From an uncultured Gemmatimonadales bacterium (GTDB lineage Bacteria > Gemmatimonadota > Gemmatimonadetes > Gemmatimonadales > GWC2-71-9): DNA of 64,000 nt. The stretch spans positions 64,001-128,000 of the forward strand of contig CAWGED010000012.1 in NCBI GenBank assembly GCA_963821525.1, given 5' to 3'. Below the pieces are notes generated by a model, which was not told the origin of the DNA, did no database searches, and saw only the letters and a list, made by a program, of their open reading frames with translations. Positions 19,831 through 29,038 of this stretch are shown one piece after another. The translations under genes were made by a program, and so were the position numbers. The stretch's first letter is position 1; every line of letters begins with the position of its first letter.

Positions 19831-21021
19831 TTTTTCCCTAAGCCCCAGCCCCACAGTCGCGATCGCACACATCGTCCCGCCCAAGGCGAGCGAAGTACGC
19901 ACGCCGAGGTGCTCGGATATCCAGCCCGCCTGAAGCGAGCCGAATGGCGCCATCCCCAGGACCATCAGCGAGTAGAAGCCCATGACTCGGCCGCGGAGAT
20001 CGTCGGGCGCCTGGGTCTGGAGCAGCGAGTTGGTCATCACGTTGTTGAGAATCATGCTGCATCCGGCCACGCCGAGCAGGAAGGCGGCGATCCAATACTG
20101 GGATACCAGCGCGACCAGGGCGAGCGCAGTGCTGAACATGAGGCCGCCGAATCGAATCAGAGTCGAGCCCTTGGCCCGCGAGCCCAGTGCTGCCATCGCG
20201 AGCGCTCCGATGCTGGCCCCCAGGCCCACCGCGGACATCAGTCCGCCGTAGCCCGTGGCGCCGACGCCGAGGACATTCTGGGCGTAGACCGGGAGCATCG
20301 GCAGAAAGGAAAAACCGAAGACGCTGAAAGCGGCGGTAAGGAGCAACAACGAACGGGGGACTTTCTCCCCCATCGCGTAGCGTACTCCCTCCTGAAAGGT
20401 CCCCTGCCCCTCGACCTGCCGTCCCTCTCCCCTGATCACCCCACGCATCGAGAGAAAAGCGATGATCACCGCGAGAAAGCTCGTGGCATTGGCAAAGAAG
20501 CAGGCGGCAAGACCCACCGCGGCAATCAGAGCCGCCGCGATCACCGGCCCGATGATCCGGGAGAGGTTGAAGACCGATGAGTTGAGCGCGATCGCGTTGA
20601 GCAGGTCCTCCCTCCCCACCATCTCGATCACGAACGACTGGCGGAAGGGCACTTCGAAGGCGGAAAGCGTGCCCAGAAAGACGGCTAGCGCCATGACCCA
20701 GGCGACGGTCACCCGTCCGGTCGCAGTCAGAATCCCGAGCGTGAGCGCCTCGCACATCATGAGGCTCTGAAACAGGATGATTCCCCGGTGCTTGTTGACC
20801 CGGTCCGCCAGCACTCCGCCGTAGAGCGTGAAGGCCAGGATTGGCAACGAGCCGAGGGTGCTGACCAGCCCGACTTTGAACGGGGAATTGGTCAGCTGCA
20901 GCACCAGCCATCCCTGGGCCACGGTCTGCATCCAGGTCCCGCAGAGAGAAATGAACTGGCCAGCGAAGAAGAGACGAAAATTCCGGTGACGGAGTGCGGT
21001 GAAGGGGTTGGGGGTGGGCAC
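19825..21021 (-). CDS. MFS transporter (MFS_3/EntS-like)
   Basis: RHRNFRLFFAGQFIS, GGVLADR, about 12 hydrophobic segments, RGRVMG. Confidence 0.9.
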   Translation of the reverse strand: MPTPNPFTALRHRNFRLFFAGQFISLCGTWMQTVAQGWLVLQLTNSPFKVGLVSTLGSLPILAFTLYGGVLADRVNKHRGIILFQSLMMCEALTLGILTATGRVTVAWVMALAVFLGTLSAFEVPFRQSFVIEMVGREDLLNAIALNSSVFNLSRIIGPVIAAALIAAVGLAACFFANATSFLAVIIAFLSMRGVIRGEGRQVEGQGTFQEGVRYAMGEKVPRSLLLLTAAFSVFGFSFLPMLPVYAQNVLGVGATGYGGLMSAVGLGASIGALAMAALGSRAKGSTLIRFGGLMFSTALALVALVSQYWIAAFLLGVAGCSMILNNVMTNSLLQTQAPDDLRGRVMGFYSLMVLGMAPFGSLQAGWISEHLGVRTSLALGGTMCAIATVGLGLREKT

Positions 21022-21039
21022 GGAGGAAGGGTAATAAGA

Positions 21040-21160
21040 CCGGGAACGGGAACAGGGAGACAGGGGAACGGCGGAACGGGGGAACGGGTTGAACGGGAGG
21101 CCCGAAGGTGGGTATGCATTCAGTAACGGCCTGTTCCCGGTTCCCTGTTCCCCGTTCCCG
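21040..21160. repeat. Inverted GGGAAC(G/A) / GTTCCC heptamer pair
   Basis: gggaacgggaacagggagacaggggaacggcggaacgggggaacggg versus ctgttcccggttccctgttccccgttcccg. Confidence 0.85.
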
Positions 21161-21169
21161 CTTCTGGCA

Positions 21170-22462
21170 ATGCGCTTCACCACCTACTCCAAGTTCGTTC
21201 CCGGCCTCGCCGAGGCGGTGAATCTCCAGTCGTTGCTGGATGAGCTGGGAGATTTCCTGCTACAGTCGGGCTTTACGGGCGGGGGCGGGGAGTTCTGGGG
21301 AGACGAAGGGGAAGACCGGTCGCTCGAGTCGCTCCGGCAGGCCATTCTGCAGGCGCTGATCGACTCGGGACAGCTCACGCCCGAGATGCTGCAAGGACCT
21401 GCGGGGAGAGCCGGCGAAGAATCCGGCCGGCCAGCGGCAGATCGAGCAGGACCTGGCTCAGTTGCTGGACGAGATCGTCCAGCGGCTCATGGAGGAGGGG
21501 TACCTCAACCTCGAGCAGGCGCCTCAGATGCCGGCCGGGCTATAGCTCACTCTATGGGCCGGGAGGGCAGGCGGCATCGGCGGCGCGGCAGATCCAGTTC
21601 AATCTCACCGAGAAGGGCATCGACTTCCTCGGCTACAAGACCCTCAAGGGCCTCCTCGGCAGCATCGGCAAGTCGAGCTTCGGCGCCCACGAAACTCCGC
21701 ACCTGGCCACCGGCATCGAGGCGGAGGCGGTGAGCAAGCCGTACGAATTCGGCGACACGATGAACCTGGACGTACCCGCGACGCTCGTCACGCGCCATCG
21801 GCCGCGAAGGACTCGAGGTTCCGCATCACCGCTGGAGTACGACGACCTCATGGTGCACCAGGCCGAGTATCGCTCGTCGGCCGCGACGGTGCTCATGCTC
21901 GACTGCTCGCACTCGATGATCCTCTACGGCGAGGACCGCTTCACCCCCGCCAAGAAGGTGGCGCTGGCGCTGACCCACCTGATCCGGACCCAGTATCCCG
22001 GGCGACTCGATTCGGTGTCGTCCTGTTCCACGACACCGCGGAGGAGATTCCGCTCGCGGCACTCGCCACGACGCAGGTCGGGCCCTATCACACCAACACC
22101 GCGGAAGGGCTGCAAGCTGGCGCGCCGGATCCTCACTGGCCAGAAGAAGGACATGAAGCAGATCATCATGATCACCGACGGCAAGCCGTCGGCACTCACG
22201 ATGCCGGACGGGCGGGTCTACATGAATTCGATGGGGCTCGACCCGATGATCCTGCAGGCGACCTATCGCGAGGTGGCGCAACTGCCGGCGGGCGGGCATC
22301 ATGATCAACACCTTCATGCTGGCGCGGGACCGGCACCTGGTCGAGTTCGTGAAGAAGATGTCGCAGATCTGCCGCGGCAAGGCGTACTTCACGACTACCA
22401 TGACGCTGGGCCAGTTCATCCTGATGGACTTCATGAAGCGGAAGACCCGGAGAGTGTCGTGA
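21170..22462 (+). CDS. vWA-domain protein (Rv0959-like), several frameshifts
   Basis: MRFTTYSK start; DCSHSM MIDAS, ITDGKPS; pieces lie in three frames. Confidence 0.8.
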
Positions 22463-22532
22463 ACGGGAGACGGGAGACGTAAGACGTGAGAACGTCTAAC
22501 GTCTCACCCTCTCACGTCTCACGTCTCACCCT
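22462..22532. repeat. Inverted (G)GAGACG / CGTCTCA heptamer pair, same unit family as 19746-19830
   Basis: gggagacgggagacgtaagacgtgag versus cgtctaacgtctcaccctctcacgtctcacgtctcac. Confidence 0.85.
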
Positions 22533-22538
22533 CCCCTC

Positions 22539-23987
22539 TTAATTCCCCGGCTGCACTCCTCCCACCACTCGCTTGATCTTCTGCCCAGCCTCGAGCTTGG
22601 TATCGGTCTGAATTCCGTTGATGATCGCCACCTGCTCGATCGGGATGCTGGAGGGATGCTGTTGGTAATACTCCGCCAGCGTCATGGCTTGTCCACCTTC
22701 TCCACACTCACCCGGGCCGGCTCGACGTGGAGAACCTTGGGGTCGCTGACCCCACGGAAACTGTTCATGCTCTTCAGGAACGCTTGCTCATGCTCGCCGT
22801 AGTTATTCGCGTTCGCGTACCCAAGGAAGCGGTACGTCACTGCCAGAGTATGAGATGAAGGTCACCAGACCCCGCAGCTGGCCCTGATCGGTCTGGGCAG
22901 AAAACTGCGTCTGGGTTGCCGGACTGCCGTTAATCGTAATGTTGCGCGGCGTACCAGTCTGCACTTTCTCGTTGGCCATGAACTTTTTCAGCGCATCCGC
23001 AGGGCTGTCGTTGCCGGCCCCCGCCAGCTCCAGGATGGCGTTCTTCTCGGGGCTGATCGCGGCAACCGCCTGATCGGTGTTCTTGGTTGGCCAGTCGGGC
23101 GGGAAATCCAGCGCAAAGGCGAGTGCGGGGTGGATGAACGTGGTCCCGGTGAAATAGCCCTTCCGGGGATCGTCGCCGAACACCATGCCGTCGATGATCG
23201 CGAGGAACGCATCCTGATTGACCCGGGCGCTGTCCAGCGGCTTCGTCACCGTCTTGAGTCTGGCTTCGGTCGCCTCGATCCGGTTGCCGGGATCCGGGTG
23301 AGTGGACTGCCACTCCGGAATCGTGCTCCCCCCGCTCACCCGCTGCAGGATCTGAAACATGTCGACCATTTTCCTCACGTCGTAGCCGTCATTCAGGGCG
23401 TACTTGAACCCCAGCTCGTCGGCCTGACTTTCGGCATCCCGGTCGTACTTGAGGAAGAGCAGACCAAGTCCAGATCTCAGCTCGTCGAGGTGTTTGGCCA
23501 CCTGTGTCGAAGCGATGGCACCGGCCACGAGCGCCACCTGCCCCATCTGCTCGCGGGTTATCTGCTGCACCGAGTGCTTGGCGTTGACGTGGCCGATCTC
23601 GTGACCTATGACCGTGGCCATCTCCGCTTCGGAGTTCATGTGCGTCAGGATGCCACGGGTGATGAAGATGTAGCCGCCCGGAAGCGCAAAGGCGTTCACC
23701 GCCGGATCGTCCATGACGGTGAACTCCCAGGGAAGCTGAGGTCGCTCGCCCTCCGAAGCCAGTCGCTTCCCGATCGTGCTCACATACTCCTGAACCTTGG
23801 GATCGTCATAGACGCCCATCTGTGCCTTGACGGCCGCGGCATTTTCCTTCCCGATCTCGATCTCCTGGCTCTCGGAAACCGTGGAGAATTCTTTCTTGCC
23901 GGTCGCCGGATTGGTGGCGCAGGTCGCAAGGCCGAGACCACTGAACAGCAGTAGCGCTGGTATCCCAAGGTACCTCGTGCTAGCCAT
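22539..23987 (-). CDS. M48 metalloprotease lipoprotein with a C-terminal LysM-like tail; frameshifts near 22830 and 22690
   Basis: LATCATNPATGK, NAFALPGG, HEIGH, ESQAD, STHP. Confidence 0.85.
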
Positions 23988-24073
23988 CGCAATGCTCCTT
24001 TCACGCGTTCCAGACCGCATCCCTCCGGGGGCGATCCGTGCTGCCTGACGCAGCAAGGAATCCCATCACTGCC

Positions 24074-26179
24074 CTACTGCTGCAATTCGTCCGCGAGGCC
24101 CTTCGCCCCATACACCTTCCGCAGCGACTCGACGATCGCGCGGGAGTCCACCCACACCGAGCGGGCTATCCGCTCGGTGAACAGGAACCGGTTGGGCAGC
24201 ATCTCGATGTTGCCGTCGAAGATGAGACCCACCACTTCGGCATCCCGGTTGATGACCGGACTGCCCGAGTTGCCGCCGATGATGTCCGCGGTGGACACCC
24301 CGTTGAACTGCAACGAGAGATCGATGGAATCCTTCGCCGCCTTCCACCGCGGCGGGAGGTCGAATGGCGGCACGCCGCCGAAGGACGCCTCCCGGTCATA
24401 CAGTCCGTAGAAGGTGGTAAAGGGCGGCGCGAGCGTCCCGTTCATCGGATAACGCTTCACCTCGCCGTCGGAGATCCGCAGGCTGAAGGTGGCGTCCGGC
24501 GACATGCTCCCACCGTAGACGGCGAGGAAAGCCCGAGCGATGCGCTCGTTGTCCGCGGCCTCCCGGTCGTTGAGGGCGTTGACTTCCTTCGTCATGGCGC
24601 GCTCCAGCGGATCGATCACCCGCGCCAGCGCGATGAACGGATCGGCGGACGCCGCGGCCGCCGACGCACCGCCGTCTCCCAAAGCCTTGCGCTGGTCTCC
24701 CGTCACGATAGCGCTGGCACTCACCATTTCCTTGGCGGCCGCGTCCGGGGTGCGGCCAGCAAGCGCCTGCTTGAGAACCGGATCGGTCGCGGGCAGCTCC
24801 TTCTGCATCGCGGTGAGATAGGCGGTGAGCAACGCGGTTTCGGTTTCGGGATCGATCGGCGTCGTGCTGAAGAGGGCCTTCTCCAGGACGGCCTTGTTGG
24901 CATCCTGGTAAGCGGGCAACCGTGCGGAATCAGGCTTCGCGGTTTCCACCGGGTAGCGGATGGTCCCCATGGCAAGGTTGAGCAGCTTCGATCCGTAGGC
25001 GTTGGCCGCGTAGTAACGGCGGCGCATGTCGATCTGGCGGAACCGCGCCCGGATCTGGGCAATGTCGCTCCAGGCGCTGGCATACTGGCTCCGCAGCTTC
25101 GGATCGGCTTTCACCTTGGCGAGGAATTCGGTCTCCCACTTCCGCTTCTGATCCATGAGCTTGGGATCGAGCAGGCCCGACTGGTAGCCGGTGATCGCCT
25201 TCTGGGTGTTCTCCAGGCCGAAAATCGTGTTGCGGAGCGTCATCCCGCGCGCCGAATCGGCGTCGGCCAGCGCATGGTAGGTCGTGATCTGACGGTGCAG
25301 CTGATCGAGCTGCGCCGGATACTGGACGTCCCGCAGGTATTCCAGCTGGGCCATCGTGTTGAGGCGGCCGGTCGAACCGGGATTGCCGACCACGAAGACC
25401 AGGTCACCTTCCTTTGAGCCGGCCTTGCTCCAGGAGAAGTGATGCTGCGCGGTGTTGGCGGGCTGGCCATTATCATACGCCCGCACGAAGCTCATGTCGA
25501 GATTGAAGCGCGGGTAGGTGAAGTTGTCCGGGTCCCCGCCGAAGAAGGCGATCTGCTCCTCGGGGGCGAAGACCAGCCGGATATCCTTGTACCGCTTGAA
25601 CCGGTAGAGCTTGTACTGGCCGCCCCGGTACATGCTCACCACCTGGCAGGAAGCGTCTTCCGCGGTCTTCCCGCATTCCTCCTCGATCGCATGGGTCACC
25701 TTGGCTCGTTCCGCGGCCGCGGTCTTGGGATCCATCTTCGGCGTGGCCGCCGCCGACACCCGGTCGGTCACATCGGTGATCTCCTGAAGCTCGTCGAGGA
25801 AGAGGCCGGGGCAGGCGCGCTCATCCTCCCGCTTCGCGGCGTAGAAGCCATTGGACAGGAAGTCCTCCCCCGTCTTGGCGCTGCCTTCGATGCAGGCCCG
25901 GGCACAGTGGTGATTACTCATCACCAGTCCGTTCCCCGAGACAAACGATGCGGTGCAGCCGTTGCCGTAGCGCAGCGCCGACAGCTGGACATGGTTCATC
26001 CAGTCGTCGCTGGGGGTGAACTGGTATCGCTTCGCCCAATACTCCTTCGGGGGATTGTCGAAGGTCCACATCTTCCCGGTTTCGAGACCGGGGTATTCCC
26101 CCTCGGGGGTGGCCTGGCCAGGGAGGCGTGCAGGCAGCAGGACCAGGAGGAGTAGAACCAGGCGTGTCAGGGTGCGCAT
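24074..26179 (-). CDS. S46-family dipeptidyl peptidase
   Basis: GKMWTF, CTASFVS..GLVMSNHHC, FGGDPDNF, GGNSGSP, FDGN. Confidence 0.95.
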   Translation of the reverse strand: MRTLTRLVLLLLVLLPARLPGQATPEGEYPGLETGKMWTFDNPPKEYWAKRYQFTPSDDWMNHVQLSALRYGNGCTASFVSGNGLVMSNHHCARACIEGSAKTGEDFLSNGFYAAKREDERACPGLFLDELQEITDVTDRVSAAATPKMDPKTAAAERAKVTHAIEEECGKTAEDASCQVVSMYRGGQYKLYRFKRYKDIRLVFAPEEQIAFFGGDPDNFTYPRFNLDMSFVRAYDNGQPANTAQHHFSWSKAGSKEGDLVFVVGNPGSTGRLNTMAQLEYLRDVQYPAQLDQLHRQITTYHALADADSARGMTLRNTIFGLENTQKAITGYQSGLLDPKLMDQKRKWETEFLAKVKADPKLRSQYASAWSDIAQIRARFRQIDMRRRYYAANAYGSKLLNLAMGTIRYPVETAKPDSARLPAYQDANKAVLEKALFSTTPIDPETETALLTAYLTAMQKELPATDPVLKQALAGRTPDAAAKEMVSASAIVTGDQRKALGDGGASAAAASADPFIALARVIDPLERAMTKEVNALNDREAADNERIARAFLAVYGGSMSPDATFSLRISDGEVKRYPMNGTLAPPFTTFYGLYDREASFGGVPPFDLPPRWKAAKDSIDLSLQFNGVSTADIIGGNSGSPVINRDAEVVGLIFDGNIEMLPNRFLFTERIARSVWVDSRAIVESLRKVYGAKGLADELQQ

Positions 26180-26213
26180 GAGTGAGATGGGTTGGAGTGA
26201 GAGAATCGTCGCA

Positions 26214-27635
26214 TCAATGATCGAGGGATCTGCCTTCGAGACTGATGTTCTCGTCTCCCGGCTCGTACCGCACATACACCAGGATGAACTGGAACATCTC
26301 GTCGGTCGTCTTCATGCTCCCCATGTGATCCTGTACCGTCTGGGGCGGCTTGAACGGATTCAACGGGTTGTTGCTGGTGTTGTCGTAGACGCCTTCGGCC
26401 CGGATCACGCTCCCCCGCGGAATGTGCAGCAGGGTCTTCGGCTTGTAGGCGTACTGCCAGCGGAAGTCCCATTTCCGCAGCCGGATCAGCGGAATGGTGT
26501 CTCGCTGCGGGGTGACCGCGTAGGCCACGAAGGACTGCCCCAGCAGGTGCATGTGCGGCGTCATCGTGACGATCGAGATGTCGGCCGGAATGGTGCCTTC
26601 GGTATAGACAGTCTTCACCGTGTTGGGCGGGATGACCAGGTCGGGCATCACCTTGGTCGCGCCCACCGTTCCCATCACCAGGTCATACAAATGCCGCCGG
26701 GGCGGCGTCTTGCCGTAGAAGATGTTGAAGTATGACCGGTCGCTGTCGGGAACAAACGATGGACCGTAGTGGATCTGATTCAGGACCAGAGCACCCTGCT
26801 TCGGCAGCGGAAAGCTGCCAACATCCTCCGGCAATACCCTGGGCTGCGCACCGGGTAGGTAATTCACCAGCGACAGCAGCAGCGGTGGAAACGATCCGTC
26901 GTCATTGAGGAGATCCAGCTTCTTCAGGTCGTCCATGTTGTGGTAGGCATCGTCCACATAGGCCATCTGGCCCCTGAAGATGTCCTTCTTGCCGCCGGGC
27001 GGATACACGAGCAGGTGCCCGTTCATGTGGTGCACCAGGCGGGGATTCCCCGGAACGAACTCGATGGCCCGGACGAAGGTGTCGCGGGGAATCTCGAACG
27101 GGATCTTGAGCGTGACGAAATGATCGGCACCGTCTCCCGGGATCTTGTAAGTCCTCGGCATCCGCAGAACCAGGTCGGGCTTGCCGAGTTTGGAGCCGGT
27201 CGGGAACGAGGGTGGTGGAGCGAGATGAGTCGTGTCCCCGGCGGCGGCACCGCTCTCCGCCCAGCGCGCGATGATCGCGATCTCCCGATCCGTCAGCACC
27301 CGCTCATCCGCGAAATGGCTGTAGGTCGGGTCCGCCGGCCAGGGCGGCATGGTGCGGGCCTTGACCCGTTCGGCGATCACCGCCGCGTGACTCGCCGCGT
27401 CGGCGTAGGTCAGCAGGGGAAACGGCGCCGGCTGGCCCGGCCGATGGCACTCGGTGCAGTTGCGATACAGGATCGGGGCGACGTGATCCGTGTAAGTGAC
27501 TGAATTCGGGACAGGCTCTGGCGGGGGAGCAGAGGCCGCCGGGACGGCGCGGCCCCGAGTGAAGACGAGCAGGATTATTACGCCCAGCGCGAGGACCAGC
27601 CCCGCGCTGGTAATCACCAGTTTAGACCTTGGCAT
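26214..27635 (-). CDS. c-type heme + copper type II monooxygenase-like fusion protein
   Basis: CTECH...MPPW; VHH, PHMH and DEM copper-ligand-like motifs. Confidence 0.75.
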   Translation of the reverse strand: MPRSKLVITSAGLVLALGVIILLVFTRGRAVPAASAPPPEPVPNSVTYTDHVAPILYRNCTECHRPGQPAPFPLLTYADAASHAAVIAERVKARTMPPWPADPTYSHFADERVLTDREIAIIARWAESGAAAGDTTHLAPPPSFPTGSKLGKPDLVLRMPRTYKIPGDGADHFVTLKIPFEIPRDTFVRAIEFVPGNPRLVHHMNGHLLVYPPGGKKDIFRGQMAYVDDAYHNMDDLKKLDLLNDDGSFPPLLLSLVNYLPGAQPRVLPEDVGSFPLPKQGALVLNQIHYGPSFVPDSDRSYFNIFYGKTPPRRHLYDLVMGTVGATKVMPDLVIPPNTVKTVYTEGTIPADISIVTMTPHMHLLGQSFVAYAVTPQRDTIPLIRLRKWDFRWQYAYKPKTLLHIPRGSVIRAEGVYDNTSNNPLNPFKPPQTVQDHMGSMKTTDEMFQFILVYVRYEPGDENISLEGRSLDH

Positions 27636-27696
27636 TCATCCGGCAGTTCAGGGACGTCTGGGAGCAGTCCTCAAAGATAGCCGGATGGCACCGGTC

Positions 27697-28266
27697 TCAG
27701 GCAGCCAGCTTGGGCCAGAGCCACCCGAAGGAGCCGGCCGTCATTCCGGCGTAGATCAGCCCGTCCACCATGTCCTTGATCGTGATGCTCCAGGGCCGCC
27801 CCATCCAGATGGAACCGGAGGGGGTAGCGCCGGCGTACCCCAGCCAGGCCGCCAGTCCTACCACCTTGAAGACCGTCAGGTACTCGGTTCCCGGTGGAAA
27901 GACGCGGGCAGCCAGGCACGCCACAACCAGCGAGATGAAGAGATTGTAGAGGAACCATTTCCCCAGCATCGGGCCCATACTGGGGAGACCGGGCTTGATG
28001 ATCGTCAGCACGGCGTTGGGCCCCTCGGCGTACTTCTTCTGCATCTCCGGCTCGCCCATCTTCTTCATGTCGCTGCAGAAGGGGAGGATGTACATCGCAG
28101 GCGGCGGGTTCCCCTTGCGGATCGCCGCACGCACCTCGTCCTCGTTCTGCAGGGCCTTGTAGTCACCCTTGTGCCACTGGATGAGCATGTGGATGATCGA
28201 GCTGGCCACGAACACCAGAATTGCCGAGAGAAGAATCGGAACCCAGAGTTGAGCGAGCGAAACCAT
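27697..28266 (-). CDS. Hypothetical membrane protein (about 4 TM)
   Basis: GAGG RBS, hydrophobic segments, codon usage. Confidence 0.8.
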   Translation of the reverse strand: MVSLAQLWVPILLSAILVFVASSIIHMLIQWHKGDYKALQNEDEVRAAIRKGNPPPAMYILPFCSDMKKMGEPEMQKKYAEGPNAVLTIIKPGLPSMGPMLGKWFLYNLFISLVVACLAARVFPPGTEYLTVFKVVGLAAWLGYAGATPSGSIWMGRPWSITIKDMVDGLIYAGMTAGSFGWLWPKLAA

Positions 28267-28293
28267 ATTTCCTCGGTGTGGAGGGTGAGATGG

Positions 28294-28385
28294 TACAGTA
28301 CCTAGTACCTAGTACCGAGTACCTAGAACCGAGTACTGACCGAGCACTAGGTACTAGGTACTCGGTACTCGTTACTCGGTACTGA
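28294..28385. repeat. Inverted AGTACC(T/G) / GGTACT heptamer pair
   Basis: agtacctagtacctagtaccgagtacct versus ctaggtactaggtactcggtactcgttactcggtact. Confidence 0.9.
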
Positions 28386-28405
28386 GTGGAAATTACCCGC
28401 TAGTT

Positions 28406-28972
28406 CTACCGCCAGTTCCCCAATTCGTCAAGCGGCTGCACTGCTCGGCGCATGATCATGCAAAGCCAGAGTCCGTAGCCCAGTGAGACGAGCAGGCAGA
28501 TCAGGGCGAGCAGCCGAAGGCCGTTCGCGATCCGGGTGTCATACTGCAATGCACCGAACCGGCCCAGCAGGTAGGCCCAATCGTGCTGGGGGTCGCCGCC
28601 GAAGCCCACCAGGTCCAGGTCGAATGACCGCGCGTCTCCGACGTAGCGCGCGAGGTCGAGCAGGCTCGAGCTCAACCAGGCACCCGCGGCGCTGAGGCCG
28701 AAGTAGTCGTTGTAGTAGTAGAGAAGTGCGCCGGCGCCGATCGGGATCAGGAGCTGGTTGAGGCTTCCACCTGCCACACCCATGAACTCGCCGAAGAAGG
28801 AGAAGACGAGGTGGCCCAGCTCGTGGACCCCGAACGTGATGCCGGCGAAGAGCCCACCCGCGTCAGGATCCCGAAGATGCCGCAGCCCGTCCCAGCCCAG
28901 CAGGGCGAGCACAGCCAATCGCCAGTAGGGAGATCGGCCGTGTGCCCAGGCTTTAGCGTTAGCAAGGAGCAT
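28406..28972 (-). CDS. Membrane protein with HExGH motif (M50-like zinc peptidase)
   Basis: VHELGH, GGSL.Q, HDW. Confidence 0.7.
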   Translation of the reverse strand: MLLANAKAWAHGRSPYWRLAVLALLGWDGLRHLRDPDAGGLFAGITFGVHELGHLVFSFFGEFMGVAGGSLNQLLIPIGAGALLYYYNDYFGLSAAGAWLSSSLLDLARYVGDARSFDLDLVGFGGDPQHDWAYLLGRFGALQYDTRIANGLRLLALICLLVSLGYGLWLCMIMRRAVQPLDELGNWR

Positions 28973-28979
28973 GGAGATC

Positions 28980-29038
28980 AGTACCTAGTACCGAGTACCG
29001 AGCTGCCGCAATCGCTGACGGCTGACGGCTGATGGCTA
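28980..29038. repeat. Adjacent AGTACC(T/G) array and GCTGACG array
   Basis: agtacctagtaccgagtaccgag; gctgacggctgacggctgatggcta. Confidence 0.85.
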
